Assembly: GCF_000829315.1 (NCBI RefSeq)
Contig: NZ_AP013028.1
Coordinates: 510,001 to 542,000, forward strand
Direction of reading: 5' to 3'
Origin: Wolbachia endosymbiont of Cimex lectularius
Lineage (GTDB): Bacteria > Pseudomonadota > Alphaproteobacteria > Rickettsiales > Anaplasmataceae
Length of the DNA: 32,000 nucleotides
The number at the start of each line of letters is the position of its first letter. Position 1 is the stretch's first letter. Under the pieces are notes generated by a model that was not told the DNA's origin, did no database searches, and saw nothing but the letters and a program-made list of their open reading frames with translations. Positions 9,471-19,357 of this stretch are shown here, piece after piece. The position numbers were made by a program, and so were the translations under genes.

Positions 9471-9685
9471 AAAACTACTTGACAACCTTCACCATTACCC
9501 TTATAATAATACTGAAGCTATTTGTTTAACTTCCCAATCTGTGCACTGCATGTCTTTTTAAAACTTCGGGTTTTTACCCATACAAGCTGAAACGCGCTTA
9601 TAAGTCGTTTAAGACATCACCCAACGCCGGATTTTAAAATAGAGAGCGGAATAACTAGTTACCTCGGGTTTTTATTGTCTTTTTT
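9471..9685 (+). repeat. Dispersed repeat copy A with consensus promoter; copy B is inverted at about 24497-24757
   Basis: Near-identical to the reverse complement of 24497-24757 (CTATTTGTTTAACTTCCCAATCTGT, TGCACTGCATGTCTTTTTAAAACTTCGGGTTTTTACCCATACAAGCTGAAACGCGCTTATAAGTCGTTTAAGACATCACCCAACGCCGGATTTTAAAATAGAGAG), minus 43 bp. Confidence 0.9.
9479..9507 (+). promoter_or_regulatory. Consensus sigma70 promoter TTGACA-N17-TATAAT in repeat copy A
   Basis: TTGACA at 9479-9484, 17 nt, TATAAT at 9502-9507; also present in copy B. Confidence 0.65.
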
Positions 9686-9690
9686 CCCTG

Positions 9691-9846
9691 CCTGGTAAAT
9701 TTCTTAAATATTATAGCTTAGACTAGTTGCGTTTAAAAGCAGCTAAATTGCAGCGTTTAAGGCATAAAAGCGCCAATACTGAAAGTAAATACCGACCAGG
9801 GCTCCTTTTGCTTTTTTTCTCGCTTGGTAAGTTTCTTAAATATTTA
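9691..9846 (+). repeat. Imperfect direct repeat pair, period about 132 bp
   Basis: CCTGGTAAATTTCTTAAATATT at 9691 and CTTGGTAAGTTTCTTAAATATT at 9823, each preceded by a T-rich tract. Confidence 0.6.
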
Positions 9847-9860
9847 TTGCTAAAGTAGTA

Positions 9861-10043
9861 TCCTGGGTCCCAGTGTTGGCTACTTGGATGACACCCATAA
9901 CCTTGTCATTTCAGCGCGTGACGCTGGAATCTAGGAATTTTATTAAGTTGGTGAATATAAAAGTAGCTGTTTTATGTTAAAATACGACGTTTTTGATGAT
10001 TATGGAAAGGCTAGATCCCAGTATCGAGCATTGGAATGACAAG
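9861..10043. repeat. Three degenerate copies of a roughly 34-bp repeat (+, -, +); the first two form an imperfect stem-loop
   Basis: 9861-9894 TCCTGGGTCCCAGTGTTGGCTACTTGGATGACAC; 9902-9936, reverse complement TCCTAGATTCCAGCGTCACGCGCTGAAATGACAAG; 10011-10043 CTAGATCCCAGTATCGAGCATTGGAATGACAAG. Confidence 0.7.
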
Positions 10044-10247
10044 AAAAGGAGGCACTTACATGACACCACTTTTGCTTCAATATTTGCAAATTAACCACGT
10101 CCCTAAATAGATATCAAAGTTTTAGAATAAATTGTACCTACTCACAACCTCAATTCGCACCTAAAAAGGTGCGAAACAGGAAGTATTATGTCTAATAGCT
10201 ACATATTATTCGGCTAATAAAAGATTTGCAAACGTTTTTTCAATTAA

Positions 10248-11012
10248 CTATGGAAAAAATTTGTCTGCGTGAGAATTTTTCATAGCATTCAACGTATCAT
10301 AATCTGTAAAATCTAATTTTATTGGTGTGATAGTGATAAATCCTTCTTTGATTTTACCTACACTACCACTACCTGAGTGTTCTCGAGACCAGTTTAAACT
10401 TAAAGAGCCATCTGAATTTTCAGTAAAGGTTAAATCTCCATCAATGTTATATTCACCTTGCTCAACAAACTCTATTCCTTTTACTTTTTCCACAGCAGGA
10501 AGATTTACACTCATCGCTATATTTTTAGGCCAGCCAATTTCAACTAGTTTAGCAATAACTTTTGGTGCAAAAACCTTTGTATTGTGCCAGTTTATCCCGT
10601 TATGATATACTTGGCTTAGCGCAATAGAAGGTATAGATCTTGCAGCGCCTTCCATAACAGCACCAATTGTTCCTGAATAACAAACATCGTCTCCAACGTT
10701 TGATCCAACATTTACTCCAGATAATATTAAATCTGGCTTTTTATTCATGATCTTATTCAGCGCAATAATAACACAATCTGCAGGAGTACCAGACACACTG
10801 AATTCCTTTTTACCATGTTGGTTTACTCTAATAGATTGACTTATTGGGTAGTCAAGAGATCTTGCTGCTCCACTTCTGTCAGTATCTGGTGCCACTACCC
10901 ATATTTCTGATGCAAAATTTTGTGCAACCTCTTTGAGTAATTTTATTCCTTCACTTTCAAAACCATCATCATTTGTTATTAATATTATCATATGAAATTT
11001 TATATAGCTCAA
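10248..11012 (-). CDS. surE: 5'/3'-nucleotidase SurE (start may be at 10991, MIILITNDDG)
   Basis: ILITNDDGFESEGIKLL...VVAPDTDRSGAARSLDYP...VSGTPADCVIIALN...PDLILSGVNVGSNVGDDVCYSGTIGAVMEGA. Confidence 0.95.
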   Translation of the reverse strand: MSYIKFHMIILITNDDGFESEGIKLLKEVAQNFASEIWVVAPDTDRSGAARSLDYPISQSIRVNQHGKKEFSVSGTPADCVIIALNKIMNKKPDLILSGVNVGSNVGDDVCYSGTIGAVMEGAARSIPSIALSQVYHNGINWHNTKVFAPKVIAKLVEIGWPKNIAMSVNLPAVEKVKGIEFVEQGEYNIDGDLTFTENSDGSLSLNWSREHSGSGSVGKIKEGFITITPIKLDFTDYDTLNAMKNSHADKFFP

Positions 11013-11206
11013 AAGTTATGATAAATAATTCTGGTCACTGTTTGCAAATAAATATATCGCTCTTACCTACTTTCAATCATCTGCAGCTTTTATTGATTTT
11101 CTAGTACTTTACCTCTACCATGCATTAAATTCATGAAAATTCATAGCTTGACGGAAAAATCAATCTGACCTCATATTTGTGCACTAGTTCCAGTGTTGGG
11201 AGATAA

Positions 11207-13249
<2,043 letters not shown>

Positions 13250-13331
13250 GAAATGTCTAAGTGAACGTACCTTTGAGATGCCTTTTTAGGGCACCTTGTC
13301 TATCTCATTCTACCATTCTGCTGCACAAAAA

Positions 13332-13820
13332 CTATCCCATAAAACATGAATCTTTCATATGAGCATGACAAATTGCTATAGCAAGAGCATCAGCAGCATG
13401 GTGACATTTTATATCTAAATTTTTAACTATCTGTTTCACCATAAATATAACTTGATCTTTGTCAGCATGGCCATTTCCAGTAATGCTTTTCTTTATATAG
13501 TTTGCATCATATTCATTTATAGTTAACCCTGCTACCTCCAATGACAAAATTACGACCCCTCTCGCGTATCCTAAAATTAGCGAAGATTTAGGATTCTTAT
13601 TAACGAAAACTTTCTCCACCGCAGCTTCACTTGGAGAATATAAAGAAATTACTTTTTTTAGCTGTCCGAAAATTATGTGCAGACGTTCACCTATGCTGAG
13701 CTTACTGTCAGTTGATATGGTACCACTTTCCAGAAACTCAATATTACTTTTCTCACTCAGATTGATAATAGCCCATCCAGTTTTACTTATTCCCGGATCG
13801 AGACCTATTATTTTAACCAC
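13332..13820 (-). CDS. ruvC: Holliday junction resolvase RuvC
   Basis: 162 aa; MVKIIGLDPGISKTGWAI...AAVEKVFVNKNPKSSLILGYARGV...CHHAADALAIAICHAH. Confidence 0.95.
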   Translation of the reverse strand: MVKIIGLDPGISKTGWAIINLSEKSNIEFLESGTISTDSKLSIGERLHIIFGQLKKVISLYSPSEAAVEKVFVNKNPKSSLILGYARGVVILSLEVAGLTINEYDANYIKKSITGNGHADKDQVIFMVKQIVKNLDIKCHHAADALAIAICHAHMKDSCFMG

Positions 13821-13835
13821 CTAAAAAACACTCAG

Positions 13836-14648
13836 CTAATAAATAAATACAAACAAAAATATCCAGACCACATCTACAAAGTGCCAATACCAGGAAGCAA
13901 ATTCAAAGCATAAATGGTCTTGAGGTGTAAATTGATCTTTCCGAGCCCTGAACAAACATACTGACAAAAATATTATCCCTATTATAATGTGTGCGCAGTG
14001 AAACCCAGTAATCATATAAAAATTGGACGCATAGATCAGCTTTTCTCCTGTTTCTTGTAGTGAAAAACTCGCCTCATGATACTCCATAGCTTGCACCATT
14101 ATAAAAAATACCCCAAGCAATATAGTCGTTGATAGCATTTTAATCATGCTCTTTTTATCATTTTCAAGTAGAGAGTGATGTGCCCAGTTAATAGTTGTAC
14201 CAGAAAGCAATAATATTAACGTGTTCATAAATGGCAATGACCACGGATCAGGCGGCAAAATTCCCTCAGGAGGCCATTCAACCCTTTTTGTAGGAGAAAA
14301 TGCCTCAAATGAAAAAACCGGGTCAAGCCAGGCTTTAAAGAATGAACAAAAGAACGTTATAAAAAATACAACTTCTGAAAGGATAAATAAGTACATTGCA
14401 ACCTTAAGTCCATTTTTTACAATGGCAGTATGGCATTTATCATAAATGGCTTCTTTTATTACATCCCTCCACCAATAAAATAACACCCCTGATACCGCAG
14501 AGATTCCTAAAATTAAACTAAGTATTCCAAAAACCTGTCTATGGAGGGTGCCAACTAACCCAAGCGCAAGAATAAGAATTGCCGCTGATATAACAATTGG
14601 CCAAGGACTTGGGTCCACTAAATGAAAATCATGTTCTTTACTTTTCAT
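13836..14648 (-). CDS. coxC: Cytochrome c oxidase subunit III
   Basis: 270 aa; DPSPWPIVISAAI...GVLFYWWRDVIKEA...GTTINWAHHSL...GFHCAHIIIGIIFL...FASWYWHFVDVVWIFLFVFIY. Confidence 0.95.
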   Translation of the reverse strand: MKSKEHDFHLVDPSPWPIVISAAILILALGLVGTLHRQVFGILSLILGISAVSGVLFYWWRDVIKEAIYDKCHTAIVKNGLKVAMYLFILSEVVFFITFFCSFFKAWLDPVFSFEAFSPTKRVEWPPEGILPPDPWSLPFMNTLILLLSGTTINWAHHSLLENDKKSMIKMLSTTILLGVFFIMVQAMEYHEASFSLQETGEKLIYASNFYMITGFHCAHIIIGIIFLSVCLFRARKDQFTPQDHLCFEFASWYWHFVDVVWIFLFVFIY

Positions 14649-14695
14649 ACCATCTTCAAAAATACGTATTAAGCATACAAATTAGCTCAAAATTG

Positions 14696-15355
14696 TCAAT
14701 GTTCCTTAGGCACTTGATTGAACTTTGAAACATTATATGCACTGTCCCAAAAGTCCAATTCAAATTGTGCACTGATTCCAAATAATTCAAGCATTCTGCT
14801 CCTTTCATTTACCCCTACTTTTTGGCAATATTCATCAACAATACTCTCTAAAGCGATGCATCCATACTCTATTAAACTATTGCTGTAAAAATCAAACCAA
14901 TCTTTATACCTGTTATTTTTCTTGAATCTATTTTTCATAGTATCAATGACAGTCTTGTATATAAACATACAAGAATACAAAACTGTTATGGCTTCATAGG
15001 TATCACTATACGAGATGGATAAAAGAAAATTGGTAAAGTTGAAACATGCAAGAGATTTTTTTCCACGCCTTATACCATATACAGTAAAGTAGCGATCATA
15101 CAAGAATTTATTAGCAGCTATTGACCCTTGTGCCACTTTAGCAAGTAGGACCATGTTATTACGATCTTCTATTCTAGATGCGATAATTAATATGGTACGG
15201 ACATAGTCATCCAAAAATAATGCATCCTATTGGATATAGAACTTAAAACTCTTTATATTTAAAGTACTGTTCATCAATTCAACATTAAAAGGATGATCAA
15301 TTATATCTCTTAAAAGGTTTGATCCATAACAGCTCTTAATTATACTGCTAAACAT
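14696..15355 (-). pseudogene. TenA/thiaminase-like paralog 1, interrupted by an in-frame TAG at 15227-15229
   Basis: MFSSIIKSCYGSNLLRDIIDHPFNVELMNSTLNIKSFKFYIQ*DALFLDDYVRTILIIASRIEDRNN... aligns with the neighbouring paralog HPFNVELMNNTLDYEKFKFYLQQDYLYVTDCTRALLIIAAKAND. Confidence 0.82.
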
Positions 15356-15412
15356 ATAAAATCAAAAAATTTAAGTTTTTGATATGAGTAGTTCACTGCT
15401 AACATCCTTTAA

Positions 15413-16063
15413 TCATGAGAGACTGGAATAGTACATCTCATCCCAGAATGCCAGTTCAAGCTCTAATCCACTATGAAAGAATTCTAACATGTTCTTTTGT
15501 TCATCACTGCTGTATTTTTCATATAGCTTATTCATGATTTTAGTCACATCATTAATCATCTCGGTGTTAAAAAAATCTATCCACTTCTGATATTTATTGT
15601 TAGGAGCAATGCCACTTTCCACAATGTGACGAACAACCATTTGATATATACAAAAACATGGGTAAGATGCTGCAAAATCTTCAGCAACAGAATTATGATA
15701 TGCAACGCGCATGAAAAAGTCAGTAAAAGCAGAACAAGACTTTGACTTTTTGTGGTTGTCAGATAAATCACAATCTGCGAAATGTTCTCTATAGTAATCT
15801 CGTGTAGCGAAAGTGCCAACAGCTACACTAGTTAATTTATCCATTATTTCAATATCATTAGCTTTAGCTGCAATGATCAATAAAGCGCGAGTACAATCTG
15901 TTACATACAAATAATCCTGCTGAAGGTAAAATTTAAATTTTTCATAATCCAGCGTATTATTCATTAACTCAACATTGAAAGGATGTTCCTTTATTTTTTT
16001 GATAAGATCAGATGATTCTCTTATAGCTATATCGTAGAATTTCTCTTTTATTTTGTTACACAT
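15413..16063 (-). CDS. TenA/thiaminase II-like protein, paralog 2, intact
   Basis: 216 aa; helical protein with FKFYLQQDYLYVTDCTRALL, ASYPCFCIYQMV and LELELAFWDEMY, consistent with the TenA fold and its Cys-containing motif. Confidence 0.72.
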   Translation of the reverse strand: MCNKIKEKFYDIAIRESSDLIKKIKEHPFNVELMNNTLDYEKFKFYLQQDYLYVTDCTRALLIIAAKANDIEIMDKLTSVAVGTFATRDYYREHFADCDLSDNHKKSKSCSAFTDFFMRVAYHNSVAEDFAASYPCFCIYQMVVRHIVESGIAPNNKYQKWIDFFNTEMINDVTKIMNKLYEKYSSDEQKNMLEFFHSGLELELAFWDEMYYSSLS

Positions 16064-16245
16064 TTTGTGAGCCTCGTAAATATGAAATTATTATTAATAT
16101 AGTATAATTATTATGAAAAACTAATTATATTTTAACTATAGGTTAGTATATCAGTATTAAGCTATAAATCAAAAACTTTAGCAATCTAAAGAAATTTTTT
16201 TGTTGTTCCCCATATTAAACTCCCTACAAAGAACATCAGACAAAT

Positions 16246-16735
16246 CTATGTTTTCCCAAGAGAATCCACATATTCTTCTGATTTCTTACCAAAGTGTCCA
16301 TAACAGGTTGTACGTTTATATATAGGACGATTAAGCGATAAATGTTTTATGATACCTTTAGTTGATAAATCTATGTTATCTTCGATAAGCTTTTTAATCC
16401 TCTTCTCATCTACTGTATTTGTACCAAATGTATCAATGTAGAATGAGGTAGGTTTTGACACACCAATTGCATAAGAAAGCTGCACAAGGCAGCGCTCGGC
16501 TAAACCTGCAAAGACAATATTTTTAGCAAGATATCTTGCCATATAAGCTGCAGATCTATCAACCTTTGTTGCGTTTTTTCCAGAAAACGCTCCCCCACCA
16601 TGCGGAATATATCCTCCATAAGTATCAACCATGATTTTTCGTCCAGTTAATCCACAATCACCAACTGGTCCACCAACAACAAACCTACCAGTTGGATTGA
16701 CCAAGAGATTTTCCTCAGAACACATCCACCCCTTA
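16246..16735 (-). pseudogene. metK: S-adenosylmethionine synthetase remnant, 3' portion only
   Basis: [70 protein letters not shown]... is MetK C-terminal sequence; no N-terminal portion exists in the window. Confidence 0.9.
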
Positions 16736-16791
16736 GAACCTGTTTAAAATCTTGGAAATGTGAGGTAAAGTAAGCATAGATTAATAATGAG

Positions 16792-17112
16792 GTGTCTATG
16801 CAGAAAAGTTATCCAAGTAATATAAGTCAAGAGCAGTTTGAAAAAATCAGGCCAATTTTGGAGAGTAGCAAGCAGAAAACAAAACCAAGAAAACTTGATT
16901 TGTATGACGTATTTTGTGGGGTGTTGTACGTCTTAAAAAGTGGTTGTCAGTGGAGGATGTTACCAAAGGGTTTTCCAAGATGGGAAAGCGTATATTACTA
17001 TTTTCGAGTGTGGAGTAAAAAGAATGGAGAAGAGCCAAGCTTGTTGGAATTAGTCTTAAAAAAAATTAGTTGGAGAGGTCCGTATCAGCAATGGTCGGAA
17101 AGAGAAAACTAG
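16792..17112 (+). CDS. IS5-family transposase N-terminal ORF (orfA), copy 2
   Basis: Amino-acid sequence identical to the ORF at 280-600. Confidence 0.88.
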   Translation: MSMQKSYPSNISQEQFEKIRPILESSKQKTKPRKLDLYDVFCGVLYVLKSGCQWRMLPKGFPRWESVYYYFRVWSKKNGEEPSLLELVLKKISWRGPYQQWSEREN

Positions 17113-17587
17113 CTTTTGTATAATTGATTCTCAAAGCGTTAAAAACGCAGATACTGCTGAAAAAAAAGGCTATGATGCAGGTAAAAAGATTTCAGGGATA
17201 AAGCGCCATATTGCAGTTGATACACAAGGTTTGCCACATGCAATTTATGTAACAACGGCAGAAGCAACTGACCGTAGCAGTGCTGTGAAAATGGTCGAAA
17301 ATGCTAAAGCAAACCTCTCTGAAGTTAAAAACATACTGGTTGATGCTGGCTACACAGGAGAAAATTTTGCAACACAAATAAAAGCTATCATTGGTGCGAC
17401 TGTTGAAGTAATAAAGCGAAGTGAGTTACACACTTTCGTCGTATTGCCAAAAAGATGGGTTGTTGAACGCTCTTTTGCCTGGTTAGAAAAGTGCAGGCGA
17501 TTGTGGAAAAATTGCGAGCGGAAGCTCAACACTAGCTTACAGATGATAGTCCTCTCCTTCATTTCTCTCCTGTTACGAAGATTTTAA
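17063..17587 (+). CDS. IS5-family transposase catalytic ORF (orfB), copy 2
   Basis: Same arrangement as copy 1, overlapping the A8 run at 17058-17065. Confidence 0.8.
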   Translation, partial: KLVGEVRISNGRKEKTSFCIIDSQSVKNADTAEKKGYDAGKKISGIKRHIAVDTQGLPHAIYVTTAEATDRSSAVKMVENAKANLSEVKNILVDAGYTGENFATQIKAIIGATVEVIKRSELHTFVVLPKRWVVERSFAWLEKCRRLWKNCERKLNTSLQMIVLSFISLLLRRF

Positions 17588-17595
17588 ACAGGTTC

Positions 17596-17874
17596 TTACA
17601 CTAACTCATCACTTTTATAGAACATCTCATTAAAATCATCTAAAGTTCCAAAATCCTGGTCATTGATAAACAAATGATCATCAATAACATATGCTTTATC
17701 AAGAGTAAATGGTTCGTAGTAATGGTTGTGAGCCGGACTAACAATTTCGTTATATAAAACCATAACTTGCTCATAGCTATATTCTTTGCTCACATGGTAT
17801 TTGTCACGTACGGTATCATAAAAATTCTTCATATCGTCATACGTAACTTGTAGTTCCACCTTATACTTTCCCAT
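17596..17874 (-). CDS. Hypothetical 92-aa ORF, probably the C-terminal part of the upstream 436-aa ORF and out of frame at the poly-C tract
   Basis: MGKYKVELQVTYDDMKNFYDTVRDKYHVSKEYSYEQ...; this frame stays open from the C9 tract through LKIGEPIEMGKYKV. Confidence 0.65.
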   Translation of the reverse strand: MGKYKVELQVTYDDMKNFYDTVRDKYHVSKEYSYEQVMVLYNEIVSPAHNHYYEPFTLDKAYVIDDHLFINDQDFGTLDDFNEMFYKSDELV

Positions 17875-17894
17875 TTCAATAGGTTCACCTATCT

Positions 17895-19205
17895 TTAAGG
17901 GGGGGGGTGCAGATAATCTTCCTTCTTATCATCCTTCATACTGTTTATAACACTTGTTATGACAACTTCTTCTTGTTCGTCCTCTTCACTTAAAGACAGT
18001 TCTTGAGTTGACGCTTTCGATGAAGAGTCTTCTTGAAACTCCACGTTCGTTGATTTTTGGTCCTCATTTTTTGCTTGTGAGTTATCACTATCTTTCATAT
18101 CATTATCGTCTTCTTCAATTGCTCTTTTCTTTCTAGGCTTGGTTTCACTTTCTACTATAACTTCTTCGTTCATTTGCTCATTATCAATTGTAGCTTCAGT
18201 ATCTAATTGACTCATCCAGCCATCATTTCTCTCTAGACTATGAGATAATTCTTCAGGTAACTGACTATCACCAAAATACTGGTTCTTAGTGCTTAAATTG
18301 CTTGCATAAGAATTGAAGTCGAACATTGGATAAAATCCACTATCAAGATCAGAATAGGAGCTTTCGTTCAGCACAAAAAATAAATCGCTATAATCGAGCA
18401 GCGTATCATAACCAGAACTAACACAATGTAGGTACTCATTGCCTTCATAATCTGCTATATAGTATTTACTCGAATCGAGAGGTATCTTATCTCCTTTCTC
18501 TCCATCAAGTTGCAGAATTACTGCTGAACGTCCATCACCTACTTCGTGACCTTTTATCACTTTAAATATTTTAATCTCCTCTTTTTCTATAAGTTCTTTT
18601 AACTCTTCATTCTTTTGGTTTAATTCTTCTTCCGCCTGTCTTTTCTCTCTTACTAGCTTCACCTCTTTTTCAGCAATTTCATTTTGTACTTTTAAAAGTA
18701 CGTCTTGCGTAGCTAAGCCATTAGTGTTGCTTAGAAAGTTATCTAACACATTTGATGCAATTGGTGACAATTCACCATGATCATCAAATACTTTTTCTTT
18801 TGCCTTATCATAGTAACTTGGATTATAAATTACAGCCAGAGGATAAAAGCCATAGTCTGCGATTGCTCCTTCACCCAATGATAGCTCCATTGAAAATCCG
18901 TAGTGATTAAGTGGAAGGTTAGAAGTTAAAGATCTGCCATCATCATTTTTAACATATAGCTCATCTCTACCATAATATCCACCGTATTTATTGTAATAGA
19001 TATAAAAATTCTCATGATTGAGGTCTAAGTAGCTATCCAGGTTATCAAACTTAACTGTATCGCCGAGCTTCCCGCGCAAAAGATTTTTGCTTTCATTTGT
19101 AAGCTTTATGCGCGCAGAAAAGTGGGATTGACCTGCTATAGGCTCACCTCTTTCTATCTCAAAGTTCAAAGTAATCTTATCGTCAACCATAAATGGCCTC
19201 CACAA
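17895..19205 (-). CDS. Hypothetical lineage-specific protein with coiled coil, acidic low-complexity tail and KPRKKR basic cluster
   Basis: 436-aa ORF ending DYLHPPP* inside the poly-C tract; EKEVKLVREKRQAEEELNQKNEELKELIEKEE coiled coil; SETKPRKKRAIEEDDNDMKDSDNSQ. Confidence 0.75.
   Translation of the reverse strand: MWRPFMVDDKITLNFEIERGEPIAGQSHFSARIKLTNESKNLLRGKLGDTVKFDNLDSYLDLNHENFYIYYNKYGGYYGRDELYVKNDDGRSLTSNLPLNHYGFSMELSLGEGAIADYGFYPLAVIYNPSYYDKAKEKVFDDHGELSPIASNVLDNFLSNTNGLATQDVLLKVQNEIAEKEVKLVREKRQAEEELNQKNEELKELIEKEEIKIFKVIKGHEVGDGRSAVILQLDGEKGDKIPLDSSKYYIADYEGNEYLHCVSSGYDTLLDYSDLFFVLNESSYSDLDSGFYPMFDFNSYASNLSTKNQYFGDSQLPEELSHSLERNDGWMSQLDTEATIDNEQMNEEVIVESETKPRKKRAIEEDDNDMKDSDNSQAKNEDQKSTNVEFQEDSSSKASTQELSLSEEDEQEEVVITSVINSMKDDKKEDYLHPPP
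17899..17907. repeat. Homopolymer G9 (C9 on the coding strand) slippage site
   Basis: Direct read TTTAAGGGGGGGGGTGCAG; nine G at 17899-17907. Confidence 0.95.
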
Positions 19206-19357
19206 ATTATGTAAATCTATTAATTTATCAATTATATGGTGTGTACTATGAAAAATATGTTAAATATTAAGATCTTTTTTCTATGTATAGTTTTTCCAGT
19301 TTATCTATATTGTTAAAGGTTACAGACTCATAAAAACAGTGCTAAACTGAAACTGCC

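Larger units (their letters stand above)
16736..17595 (+). mobile_element. IS5-family insertion sequence, copy 2, 860 bp
   Basis: Same 18-bp TIRs (16736-16753 and 17578-17595), TTA duplications at 16733-16735 and 17596-17598; all encoded ORFs identical to copy 1. Confidence 0.93.

Noticed and set aside
13250-13330. Possible bidirectional terminator between ligA and ruvC (GATGCCTTTTTAGGGCACC)
   Set aside because: The stem is short and has a bulge, with no clean U-tract; too weak to annotate.
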